A stretch of DNA of 31,423 bases from a virus. Taxonomy: Duplodnaviria; Heunggongvirae; Uroviricota; Caudoviricetes. The stretch spans positions 1-31,423 of IMG/VR virus record IMGVR_UViG_2974574029_000001; one strand, 5' to 3'. Below are positions 19,247-26,755 of the stretch, piece after piece. The position numbers and the translations under genes are program-made. The notes beneath the pieces were generated by a model. It was not told the DNA's origin. It searched no databases and was given only the letters and a program-made list of their open reading frames with translations. Each line of letters opens with the position of its first letter. Position 1 is the stretch's first letter.

Positions 19247-19450
19247 GGGTTCTCGATCGACTTTTCGTTTTCAAAAACGTATTTGCTCTCACTATCAAAA
19301 AATTTTTCTCTATATCAACCGGGTTCTCGATCGGTTTTTCAAAATCGAGATCGTAATTGTTTTTTCTCTAGAAAAAATTTTTCGGCCCGGTTCTCGATCG
19401 AGATCTCAATTTCCAGATCGTATTTGTTTTCTTACGCGAAAAAATTTTTT
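19247..19450. repeat. Three imperfect ~70-bp direct repeats with A/T tracts
   Basis: GGTTCTCGATCG at 19248, 19322 and 19389, each followed by CGTA(T/A)TTG and AAAAAATTTTT. Confidence 0.8.
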
Positions 19451-19463
19451 AGGGGTATCGCTC

Positions 19464-19492
19464 AGTATCTCACATGAAAAATCAGAAGTCAA
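19464..19492 (-). promoter_or_regulatory. Leftward sigma70 promoter with no downstream ORF
   Basis: TTGACT-N17-GATACT with TG extension and upstream AT-rich UP-like tract. Confidence 0.6.
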
Positions 19493-19510
19493 TATTTAAA
19501 TTTTTTGTTG

Positions 19511-19558
19511 AATGAGAAGCATTCTTATTTAGTTATTTGAATGATAATCATTCTCATT
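19511..19558. promoter_or_regulatory. Two Fur-box-like palindromes
   Basis: AATGAGAAGCATTCTTATT (19511) and AATGATAATCATTCTCATT (19540); core 13/14 to TGATAATnATTATCA. Confidence 0.65.
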
Positions 19559-19620
19559 TGCTGAATGACAGGCACCCCCGGTGTTTTGTACTCCGGTTTC
19601 AATGTTCCCGCTATGTGTAT

Positions 19621-19649
19621 AATATAGGATACACGGCCCCATGTTGCAA
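19621..19649 (-). promoter_or_regulatory. Leftward sigma70 promoter with no downstream ORF
   Basis: TTGCAA-N17-TATATT. Confidence 0.7.
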
Positions 19650-19768
19650 GCGTCTTTACAATTCTTTACAAATAGGCTTTAGGCGAGCTGCCGGCGATTA
19701 TAGCTATCGATGCCCTGCGGCTATCATCACCCAAGTTTATCGCCGTTGGTAGGCGTTCCCGTCTATGT
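19650..19768 (-). ncRNA. Candidate small structured RNA
   Basis: Downstream of the 19774-19802 promoter; no credible ORF; CGCC/GGCG, GGCGAU/AUCGCC and AUAGC/GCUAU pairings. Confidence 0.4.
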
Positions 19769-19773
19769 AAGAG

Positions 19774-19802
19774 ATTATGCGCCCTTGCCGGGCGCTTGTC
19801 AA
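19774..19802 (-). promoter_or_regulatory. Strong leftward sigma70 promoter with hairpin spacer
   Basis: TTGACA-N17-CATAAT; GCGCCC-GGCAA-GGGCGC in the spacer. Confidence 0.8.
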
Positions 19803-19805
19803 GCG

Positions 19806-20399
19806 TCATAAACAAATTATTTCCGCTTTATTTTCGTAAGCCAGATCCAGAGCGTCAACACGTAAAGCCAAACCAGCGGCGATCCGATGATCGGTACATG
19901 AGAAAGCAACAGCCGCTATAATATCACGTTTGCGCCTATTCCATGCAAGATGGGCAGACAACGGATCAGAGTAATAGCCTAACCTTTCCAGATTGTTCCC
20001 GTGTCGCACCGTTGCCAAGTAGGGGCGCGGTAATGGCTTATGATCTAAAAAGGAAACACCGAGCGGCTGTTTCCCTTTATTACTCTTTGTGACTGTTAGC
20101 AAACTATTCATTTCTTGCGTTACAAATACGCAACGATCAGGGCAGTAGAGTTTATTACCTGGTATTATTATATCTTTGTCTAATTGTTTTCCCTGGTGAT
20201 CCTGCTGTTCCATCCAAGCACGAAAAGTGCTAAACGTCAACCATTCATTACAAACAATACAACCTTTATAAGATGGCCTTTTGTCCTGATATGATTCACT
20301 ATAACAACGTTGTAACATGTTGCGCCACGTTGCATAGAATCGACAACCTTTGATCGGGCTTGCGCTATCGTTAACCCCTACACCATAAACTTTTTTCAT
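19806..20399 (-). CDS. HNH-type homing endonuclease
   Basis: GVGVND, YATWRNMLQRCY, VCNEWLTFSTF, LDKDII, YCPDRCVFV; GGAGG SD. Confidence 0.9.
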   Translation of the reverse strand: MKKVYGVGVNDSASPIKGCRFYATWRNMLQRCYSESYQDKRPSYKGCIVCNEWLTFSTFRAWMEQQDHQGKQLDKDIIIPGNKLYCPDRCVFVTQEMNSLLTVTKSNKGKQPLGVSFLDHKPLPRPYLATVRHGNNLERLGYYSDPLSAHLAWNRRKRDIIAAVAFSCTDHRIAAGLALRVDALDLAYENKAEIICL

Positions 20400-20518
20400 C
20401 TGCTAGCCTCCTTTGTAAATACGTTGTACCAGCGATCCACCTTCCAACCAGGTCTCCGCGCCTGGTATGTTAGCCCCGCCTTTTCGCCGTGGGGTGGCGT
20501 CTCTTCTCCTGTCTGATA

Positions 20519-20547
20519 AATATAACCCAGGCCGGGGCCGTTTGCAA
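20519..20547 (-). promoter_or_regulatory. sigma70 promoter with UP element and ~110-nt structured leader for the HNH gene
   Basis: TTGCAA-N17-TATATT; AAAAAATATTTT upstream. Confidence 0.75.
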
Positions 20548-20567
20548 GCCCCGCGATAAAATATTTT

Positions 20568-20753
20568 TTACTCCCAGGAGTCCGCGATCACTTCCCCGTT
20601 TTCCGCTACAATTCTCACCCTGGTAAATCCTGCATTATACATTTTCAACGCGAAGGGTAAAGGCACAACCCTAACCTGGGGCGCTGCGCTTTCCGTCTCC
20701 CAGGTGGAAAGGGTGACCATTGTCTCACTCGTTATTACTTTTGCGTTTTCCAT
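20568..20753 (-). CDS. Early hypothetical protein
   Basis: AAGGTAAA SD; own promoter. Confidence 0.75.
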   Translation of the reverse strand: MENAKVITSETMVTLSTWETESAAPQVRVVPLPFALKMYNAGFTRVRIVAENGEVIADSWE

Positions 20754-20784
20754 TTCGTTTACCTTTATTTGTGGGCGTCCTTAT

Positions 20785-20886
20785 ATAGTACCCTAACCAG
20801 GCCGGGGCGCAAGCCCACACGAACAAAAATATTTTTAATTTATTTTCATCCAGGGGATTGACGCGGGGATCGCTATCTCTTAAAGT
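20785..20886. promoter_or_regulatory. Divergent early promoter pair sharing an AT-rich UP tract
   Basis: Minus TTGCGC-N16-TACTAT (20785-20812); plus TTGACG-N17-TAAAGT (20858-20886). Confidence 0.7.
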
Positions 20887-20938
20887 TTATCACGTCGGGG
20901 CAAGTCGCCCCACAGTAACCAACAAAAGAGGCTACAAC

Positions 20939-21106
20939 ATGAAAAACATTTCTTTTACTACCCGTGACCAGGCCCGCGCTTTTGCCCGTAATGTTAACAG
21001 CAAGGTAACCACGGCGGCGCGTTTACGTCAACCTGTTAAAGATGGCGCCGGGCAATGGGTTATCCCTGGAATTAACCACGGTAAAACCTTATCCCTGGCT
21101 AAATAA
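20939..21106 (+). CDS. Early small basic protein (55 aa)
   Basis: GAGG SD before MKNISFTTRDQARAFAR. Confidence 0.7.
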   Translation: MKNISFTTRDQARAFARNVNSKVTTAARLRQPVKDGAGQWVIPGINHGKTLSLAK

Positions 21107-21125
21107 AATATTTTATCCTGGGCGC

Positions 21126-21154
21126 TTGCTTTCAGTTAGCGCCTTTGATAAAGT
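21126..21154 (+). promoter_or_regulatory. Early promoter overlapping a terminator-like hairpin
   Basis: TTGCTT-N17-TAAAGT with TG extension; GGCGCT...AGCGCC-TTT. Confidence 0.7.
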
Positions 21155-21199
21155 GTTTTCTCAGGCGGCAAGGGCCGCGATAAATCGAGGTAAAAAGCA

Positions 21200-21985
21200 A
21201 TGTCTACGTTTAAACTTAATAATGGTCTGGTTGTCAACTCAGAATCCGAGATCGTGCATAGTGTACCGGGTAAAAAATCCACAGCAAAAAAGGGTTATGT
21301 ATTATATAAAGGCCCGTCAGTTCTGGATAAGGCCCCGATCGTGGTCATTGCTACAATGTCAACCGCTAACGATAAAACCGGCGATATGATCCAGACCTGG
21401 ATCATGCGGGAAGATGTTAGCCCACTGGAGGCGAGCGCTAAAAAACTTGATTCATCTGTTTGCGGTATGTGTCCCCATCGTACCAGCTTAAACGGCGCTT
21501 GTTATGTGACGTTACACCAGGCCCCACTGTCAGTCTGGAAGTCTTACAAAAAAGGCAACTATAAAGATCTTGATTCTCGCGATCTGGTACATTTTGCGGG
21601 GCGTTATATCCGTTTAGGTTCCTACGGTGATCCGGCGGCGGTCCCTTTTGAGGTATGGCAAAACATGGTCAACCATACGCAAGGTAACACGGGTTACACT
21701 CACCAGATCCACCATAAGAATTTTGATCATCGTATCGCTACCATTTGCCAGATCTCAGCCGATACGGAAAAACAAGCGATCACAGCATGGGGCAAGGGTT
21801 ATAAAACTTTCCGCGTGAAAACTCCCAATATGCGACGCCTGGAAGGGGAGATCACTTGCGTTAATACAACGCACGGCATTAGTTGTCTAGATTGCGGATT
21901 GTGCGACGGTAAACGCGCCAACGTCGTGATCGACGTTCACGGCAGATCCGCAAAAAGATTTGATAAATTCGAACGTATCATTTGA
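21200..21985 (+). CDS. Cys-rich putative Fe-S/radical-SAM-like early protein
   Basis: VCGMCPHR...ACYV, IRLGSYGDPA, GYTHQ, C-terminal CLDCGLC. Confidence 0.6.
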   Translation: MSTFKLNNGLVVNSESEIVHSVPGKKSTAKKGYVLYKGPSVLDKAPIVVIATMSTANDKTGDMIQTWIMREDVSPLEASAKKLDSSVCGMCPHRTSLNGACYVTLHQAPLSVWKSYKKGNYKDLDSRDLVHFAGRYIRLGSYGDPAAVPFEVWQNMVNHTQGNTGYTHQIHHKNFDHRIATICQISADTEKQAITAWGKGYKTFRVKTPNMRRLEGEITCVNTTHGISCLDCGLCDGKRANVVIDVHGRSAKRFDKFERII

Positions 21986-22010
21986 CATCAGGCCCGGAAA
22001 GGCCTATAAT
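21982..22010 (+). promoter_or_regulatory. Perfect-consensus sigma70 promoter
   Basis: TTGACA-N17-TATAAT; AGGCC-CGGAAA-GGCCT in the spacer. Confidence 0.9.
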
Positions 22011-22052
22011 TACCAGGCACCAACAAACTAAACACTAAACGAGGTAAATAAA

Positions 22053-22565
22053 ATGGGCTGGACTAGCATTTATTCTAATCTTAATAACAAAAAATTTGTT
22101 GAAAATTATCTGACTGATAACCGCGTGATCGAAACGTCTATTGTAGGCAATGAAGTTTATCAGCTTGCAAGGGCGAGAGATGAAAGTCTTTACATTCGTG
22201 TTACAATCCTTTCCCGCAAAGATGGTGTGGTTTTTTATAAAGATATGGACGAATCCTGCGGCCCGTGTTATTACAATTGTCCTGAAAAATTCCTTAAGCG
22301 ATCCACGCAACAAGATGAATTCTCTGTTAATTGGCGCGCCGCTTGTCGTCAACATGTTAAACACAAAAAAGAGCATAAAGCACTGATTGACCGGATCAAA
22401 CTTCTGAAAAACGGTGATCGCGTGGAAATGATATCCGGGCGCGTGGTTGTCTTTGAGTTCCCCCATAACCGCGCCCGATTTGCTGGACGTCTGGCGGATG
22501 TTGCACCAGGCAAGCAAAATTCTCTTTTTGCATGGTCTTATAAAGACGTTGCAAAGATTCTTTAA
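22053..22565 (+). CDS. Early protein resembling DUF6927
   Basis: MGW start, FYKDMDESCGPCYYNCP, WRAACR. Confidence 0.65.
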   Translation: MGWTSIYSNLNNKKFVENYLTDNRVIETSIVGNEVYQLARARDESLYIRVTILSRKDGVVFYKDMDESCGPCYYNCPEKFLKRSTQQDEFSVNWRAACRQHVKHKKEHKALIDRIKLLKNGDRVEMISGRVVVFEFPHNRARFAGRLADVAPGKQNSLFAWSYKDVAKIL

Positions 22566-22576
22566 ACCGCTATACT
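22549..22576 (+). promoter_or_regulatory. Early sigma70 promoter
   Basis: TTGCAA-N16-TATACT. Confidence 0.7.
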
Positions 22577-22624
22577 GATTAAAGCCGGGGAATTGTCCCC
22601 GGCATAACCTAAAAGGTAAACAAA

Positions 22625-23008
22625 ATGGCTTACATGAACAAAGAAAAGAAAGCGAAAATTGTTGAAGCAGTGAAAGCTGTATTGCCAAAAGGTTGGAAAG
22701 TTACGTTTAAAGTAATTCACTATTCTACGATCCGTTGTACCGTTCGATCCGCGCCGTTCAATTTGGATGATGTTTTAGATTTAACAGATTGGGAACGGGA
22801 AAACGGGCACAAGGATTTAAACACATACCACTATGAAAGATATTGCAAAACTCCTGAATTCAAAAAGGCAGTTGGCGAAATCATCGAGGCATTAAATACA
22901 GATAATTATAATAATAGTGATATAATGACAGATTATTTTGATGTCGGTCACTATATCGGCCTACATTTTGGCGGCCATGATAAGTCATTTAAAAACAGCG
23001 CTGCGTAA
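22625..23008 (+). CDS. Early protein with LPD29-like C-terminus
   Basis: NYNNSDIMTDYFDVGHY motif; AAGGTAAA SD. Confidence 0.7.
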   Translation: MAYMNKEKKAKIVEAVKAVLPKGWKVTFKVIHYSTIRCTVRSAPFNLDDVLDLTDWERENGHKDLNTYHYERYCKTPEFKKAVGEIIEALNTDNYNNSDIMTDYFDVGHYIGLHFGGHDKSFKNSAA

Positions 23009-23114
23009 TATGAAAGAATTTTTGATTCTACTCATATTTTGTTATTATGCAAAAATTCACGCCAGGATCTGGCGTGTTGTAAAATGGTTTTACTACTGGT
23101 ACAGGGTTAAAACA

Positions 23115-23372
23115 ATGTTCCACTATATAGAATATCGCTTCCAGGGTGAGGAGTATCACACCAGGCGATCCGGGCCGTTGAATGATCTGGAAGGTAGCGG
23201 CCTGATTTGTGAGATTAAGCACCGGGGCGGCGTGGTCCTGGTACATAAAGAGGGGCCTTTCGACTACATCGAAGAGCTGATCGAGTATCGCAAAAAACAG
23301 ATCGCGGAATGGCGAGCGGAAACATACAACCACAGGGGATCAAGATATGACAGCAAAAAGCCGCAACTTTGA
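23115..23372 (+). CDS. Early hypothetical protein
   Basis: AGGGTTAAA SD; the leader carries hairpin CACGCCAG-GAT-CTGGCGTG. Confidence 0.6.
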   Translation: MFHYIEYRFQGEEYHTRRSGPLNDLEGSGLICEIKHRGGVVLVHKEGPFDYIEELIEYRKKQIAEWRAETYNHRGSRYDSKKPQL

Positions 23373-23562
23373 GAAGATGACAAGCCAGCGCGATCGCCTT
23401 GCTTTTGGTGAGACTAACGAGCGGCGCGAGCGTAACAACAAACGGCATAAGCCGGAACGGATTGCGGTTCAATGGTCGCCGGACCAGTACGACCCGAAGT
23501 TAAATAAACGCCTTGCCGATCGTAAACGTAATTTGCAGCGATACGCCGTAGCAGGTGAATAG
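23347..23562 (+). CDS. Early basic hypothetical protein
   Basis: 71-aa Arg/Lys-rich ORF followed by a terminator. Confidence 0.65.
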   Translation: MTAKSRNFEKMTSQRDRLAFGETNERRERNNKRHKPERIAVQWSPDQYDPKLNKRLADRKRNLQRYAVAGE

Positions 23563-23566
23563 CCAG

Positions 23567-23595
23567 GCCGGGGATAACTTCCCGGCTTTTTTTTT
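23567..23595 (+). terminator. Intrinsic terminator
   Basis: GCCGGG...CCCGGC followed by a T9 run. Confidence 0.85.
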
Positions 23596-23824
23596 ATTCA
23601 AAATAGTGAATATGGGGAGATCTCAGCGTAGCAATGCACTTACCAGGGTTACACATTGAAGCGCTTACAATCGATTTTAGGGCGTTTTAGAGGGTATCGG
23701 ATAGCCTCGCCGCGCTCAAAACGCCACAAATTTAGTAACCAGTTGAAACTAATTGCATAACAGCGATTTTCTATGCATATCGCTGCATATGAGAACAGTT
23801 CTCAACAATTCTTAAAAATATTTG

Positions 23825-23852
23825 TTGCATCCTGGCGGCGTTATGCTATCCT
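23825..23852 (+). promoter_or_regulatory. Early promoter preceded by a Fur-box-like palindrome (23790-23804)
   Basis: TTGCAT-N16-TATCCT with TG extension; TGAGAAC-A-GTTCTCA upstream. Confidence 0.65.
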
Positions 23853-23898
23853 TTAATCAGTGGCGGAATTCACCGCCACACTGAAAAAGGTAAACAAC

Positions 23899-24183
23899 AT
23901 GCAAAACGTAAAATCTAACATCGCCGCTCTTGAATCAAAGTTCCTGGGTAAAATGGTTTATCATAACTATGGTCAAATCGCTTTTGGTGTGGTAACCGGA
24001 ATCGATGACCGCGATCCCAATAAATTACGTTTGCGTGTTAAGTTTACCCGCAACAATACCCCGGCACATATCAAAAAATATGACAACCGCGCGGATCGCG
24101 TTCGTTGCTTACTCCCTCAATCTGTTACCGTGTCCCGTGTTCAATATGGGATCTATAATCAGACAAATCAGATCAACAAATAA
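23899..24183 (+). CDS. Early hypothetical protein (SH3/KOW-like)
   Basis: AAGGTAAA SD before MQNVKS; leader hairpin GTGGCGG-AATTCA-CCGCCAC. Confidence 0.7.
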   Translation: MQNVKSNIAALESKFLGKMVYHNYGQIAFGVVTGIDDRDPNKLRLRVKFTRNNTPAHIKKYDNRADRVRCLLPQSVTVSRVQYGIYNQTNQINK

Positions 24184-24220
24184 TCAAACCGGGGCCTTGC
24201 GCCCCATTAAGGCGGCTATC

Positions 24221-24439
24221 ATGTTCGGATTTATTTTATTGGCTTGTCATATTTCTGTTAGTTCTATGTCATTACAATGTGATTGGACTGTAAAGAAAGT
24301 TTTTGATGACGAACAAGCTTGCGAGGTGTACGAAAACAGCTACACTTTGAAAAAGGGTGAGCAGGTGGGGATCTGCGATACGTTAGATCCTGGCGTCAAA
24401 GAGGGCGACAAGCGCCCGATCATTACTCTGAAAAAATAA
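24221..24439 (+). CDS. Small Cys-rich exported/membrane-anchored protein (paralog 1)
   Basis: MFGFILLAC...QCDWTV...FDDEQACE...C; AAGGCGG SD. Confidence 0.65.
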   Translation: MFGFILLACHISVSSMSLQCDWTVKKVFDDEQACEVYENSYTLKKGEQVGICDTLDPGVKEGDKRPIITLKK

Positions 24440-24449
24440 GGCGGTTAAC

Positions 24450-24653
24450 ATGTTTGAAGTATTCGCGGGTATGTGTTTTTATAGTGCGCTGGCGTTAAAA
24501 CAGTGTGATGATTATGTAGTTGAAAGTTATGATGATCAATTGACATGCGAGATCGTCGCCGTTGATTATCAACGTCAAGAGCGCTGGATTAACCCGGCTT
24601 GCATACCATCGCCGGAAGTCGAACCGATGCCGGAAAGCAAAAATAATCATTGA
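24450..24653 (+). CDS. Small Cys-rich exported/membrane-anchored protein (paralog 2)
   Basis: MFEVFAGMC...QCDDYV...YDDQLTCE...C; AAGGCGG SD. Confidence 0.65.
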   Translation: MFEVFAGMCFYSALALKQCDDYVVESYDDQLTCEIVAVDYQRQERWINPACIPSPEVEPMPESKNNH

Positions 24654-24679
24654 TCCCCCCCGCCCGGTTAGGTTATATT
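24650..24679 (+). promoter_or_regulatory. Early sigma70 promoter
   Basis: TTGATC-N18-TATATT. Confidence 0.55.
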
Positions 24680-24725
24680 ACTTGGACCGGGCAATATTGA
24701 CCCACTAATAGAAAGGTAAAAGAGT

Positions 24726-25049
24726 ATGGAAAAGGCAAACAAATTTTTCTTCCTGGAAAATGTTAACGATAATGTTAATTGTAACTTTAATCGCCAGGGT
24801 GAAAAAACCATGTTAGTGTTTTGTCATGCTAATGACAGCGAACAAGCGGACCTTTTAACTGTCCTGATCCGTACTGAAAAATCTATTCAATCCCATAATG
24901 GAAAACTTGAAAACCGCCATTTTATCGCCTACACTCTTGAAAGAAGCGGAGTAACAATAAAACAGGCGGATAGTCTCCCGATAACTTCCCCGGATCTGGT
25001 CTGGATGCTTACAACTGCTATTGTAAACGATGTTTTCCGTGCTGACTGA
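24726..25049 (+). CDS. Early hypothetical protein
   Basis: AAGGTAAA SD. Confidence 0.7.
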   Translation: MEKANKFFFLENVNDNVNCNFNRQGEKTMLVFCHANDSEQADLLTVLIRTEKSIQSHNGKLENRHFIAYTLERSGVTIKQADSLPITSPDLVWMLTTAIVNDVFRAD

Positions 25050-25075
25050 TTGAGAAAATTAATCTAAAAAGTCGC

Positions 25076-25104
25076 TTGCAAACGTGGGCGACTTTTATTA
25101 TATT
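25076..25104 (+). promoter_or_regulatory. Early promoter embedded in a bidirectional terminator
   Basis: TTGCAA-N17-TATATT inside AAAAGTCGC...GCGACTTTT. Confidence 0.8.
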
Positions 25105-25156
25105 TAATGCACAGGGCGGCAATGATGCGACGGCCCACAAATCGAGGTAAAACAGA

Positions 25157-25927
25157 ATGACTACTAAAATCACCGTTACTTATTACATCGACTCCGGCAA
25201 GCTGAATGCAATGTACACATTACGCCGCCGTAATTTTGGCGGTAACGTTTTTGCAGATTCTTACATCTGCAATCTTTCAACCGACCCACAGAAAGCAGAA
25301 ATTAAAGCAAAGGAATATTTTGATCGAGTAACCGCGCGGATCGCCAATACAGAAAACTTTGAACAAGTTTTTGCAGGCTACGCAGATTTTGAGCTGGGGC
25401 AACGTCGCGGTAAATTGTCAATCGTCGATACAACCCGGATCGAAGAAATCGAAGCGGGGCGCTTTCCGTTTGGTAAACATTGCGGTAAAACGTTTGCCGA
25501 TGTTAAAGAATCCTATGTTTTATTTTTTGCCGATATGGCAAACAAGCCAGACAACGGCCCGGTAATGGAAGCATTAAGCGCGGCATGTTTGGGCTATGCT
25601 CTTGATCATGGTTACATTGCAGCCCGTGACCAAAAACGCGCCGATCGTAAAGCCGAGGATTTAAAAAGTAATTGGATCGGCAACATTGGCGATCGCCTGG
25701 TTTTTGAGGGTGAGATCGTTTTCTCTTATCTCAAAATTGATGAATGGAATCAATCATCATACTATATTATTAAAATCCGCCAGGGTAATGACCTGGTAAC
25801 ATACATCGGATCAAAAGAGTTCGGCCCGGTTGGCGCGGTTGTTAAGTTTAAGGCTACCATTAAAAAACATGATACCTATCAAGACGTTAAAACAACCGTT
25901 GTAAACCGTCCCGCCATTGTGTCATAG
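25157..25927 (+). CDS. Early protein with DUF3820-like FGKH-G motif and OB-fold-like C-terminus
   Basis: RFPFGKHCGKTFADV; C-terminal IGNIGDRL...KFKATIKKH. Confidence 0.7.
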   Translation: MTTKITVTYYIDSGKLNAMYTLRRRNFGGNVFADSYICNLSTDPQKAEIKAKEYFDRVTARIANTENFEQVFAGYADFELGQRRGKLSIVDTTRIEEIEAGRFPFGKHCGKTFADVKESYVLFFADMANKPDNGPVMEALSAACLGYALDHGYIAARDQKRADRKAEDLKSNWIGNIGDRLVFEGEIVFSYLKIDEWNQSSYYIIKIRQGNDLVTYIGSKEFGPVGAVVKFKATIKKHDTYQDVKTTVVNRPAIVS

Positions 25928-25970
25928 TGTACACCAGGCCCCGGATCGCCGGGGCAACTTTTACTGGTAA

Positions 25971-26126
25971 ATGCAAATGATACGTTTTCTCAATATGCGA
26001 TCTGGTAAAATTTATCGCTGGATTGAAAACCGTGTTTTGGTTGAAACGACAAAAGGCTGGCGACGTGTAGATCACTTGCGCCCCGCCGATCTGGCTTGCT
26101 TTCCTTTCATGGGGATTAAAAAATGA
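25971..26126 (+). CDS. Early hypothetical protein, 51 aa (not in ORF track)
   Basis: MQMIRFLNMRSGKIYRWIENRVLVETTKGWRRVDHLRPADLACFPFMGIKK; leader hairpin CCCCGG-ATCG-CCGGGG. Confidence 0.55.
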   Translation: MQMIRFLNMRSGKIYRWIENRVLVETTKGWRRVDHLRPADLACFPFMGIKK

Positions 26127-26212
26127 TTAGTGTACGAATGTTTTATTACGATGAATTATCAGACCAGGCAAAAGCCGCCGCCCGGAGTTTTTTTAGAACA
26201 AAAGGGCCTTAA
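26123..26212 (+). CDS. Small ORF, possibly frameshifted in the T7 run
   Basis: ATGA-coupled MISVRMFYYDELSDQAKAAAR; an alternate frame continues FLEQKGLKVIKVTKRKKG to a stop coupled to 26246. Confidence 0.4.
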   Translation: MISVRMFYYDELSDQAKAAARSFFRTKGP

Positions 26213-26245
26213 AGTAATCAAAGTAACTAAACGCAAAAAAGGTTA

Positions 26246-26458
26246 ATGATCATGAGAACTGTAAAAGCGAAGGAATTAAAAGGCGGAATGGTCATTGAGT
26301 TACCGGACATTGCACCAGGCTTTAAACCTGGTTTAGTGACTATCACACAAATAGAAATCGAAGCGCCCCACATTGTGGAAGTATCTTTCTATTACAAAAA
26401 GCGCTATATGGCCGACCTTTATCACCCTGAGGCGGAATTTAACCTAATCAGTGAATGA
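26246..26458 (+). CDS. Early hypothetical protein (SH3-like)
   Basis: MRTVKAKELKGGMVI N-terminus. Confidence 0.7.
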   Translation: MIMRTVKAKELKGGMVIELPDIAPGFKPGLVTITQIEIEAPHIVEVSFYYKKRYMADLYHPEAEFNLISE

Positions 26459-26482
26459 GGCTGTAAAGAAAAGGCAAAACGC

Positions 26483-26511
26483 TTGCCTAGCCAGATGTTT
26501 TCGACTATTAT
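26483..26511 (+). promoter_or_regulatory. Early sigma70 promoter
   Basis: TTGCCT-N17-TATTAT. Confidence 0.7.
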
Positions 26512-26560
26512 TTATTTCAGGGCGGGAAGAAACCAACCCGCAAAACCGAAGGTAAATAAA

Positions 26561-26730
26561 ATGTCAAATATCCGCTACAATATCAAAAGCACTTCAAAAA
26601 CCGGTTATGTGTCTTATGTTCGCCAGGGGTCTACAATGCTTGGGCCTTTGAAGAATGTGTAAAAATTGTTACTACGCTTTCAGGTGATGATCGCTATATG
26701 GGCGTTTTATTTGAGATTGAATTAGCTTAA
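26561..26730 (+). CDS. Early protein of ~56 aa with an apparent -1 indel in the G run at 26626-26629
   Basis: AAGGTAAA SD; MSNIRYNIKSTSKTGYVSYVRQG joins VYNAWAFEECVKIVTTLSGDDRYMGVLFEIELA if one G is added. Confidence 0.55.
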
Positions 26731-26755
26731 TTAGCAAAATAACATCGGGGCGCTA

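Noticed and set aside
19247-19450. CRISPR-like or ToxI-mimic repeat array
   Set aside because: Units are ~70 bp and degenerate, with conserved internal motifs rather than unique spacers; no resemblance to the 36-nt ToxI repeat as I recall it; no cas genes.
19124-19752. Track ORFs 19124-19477 and 19537-19752
   Set aside because: They run through repeats, promoters and Fur-like boxes, lack SD sequences and have low-complexity composition; likely spurious.
20400-20515. Group I intron around the HNH gene
   Set aside because: No interrupted exon and no recognisable P/Q/R/S core; the HNH has its own promoter and SD.
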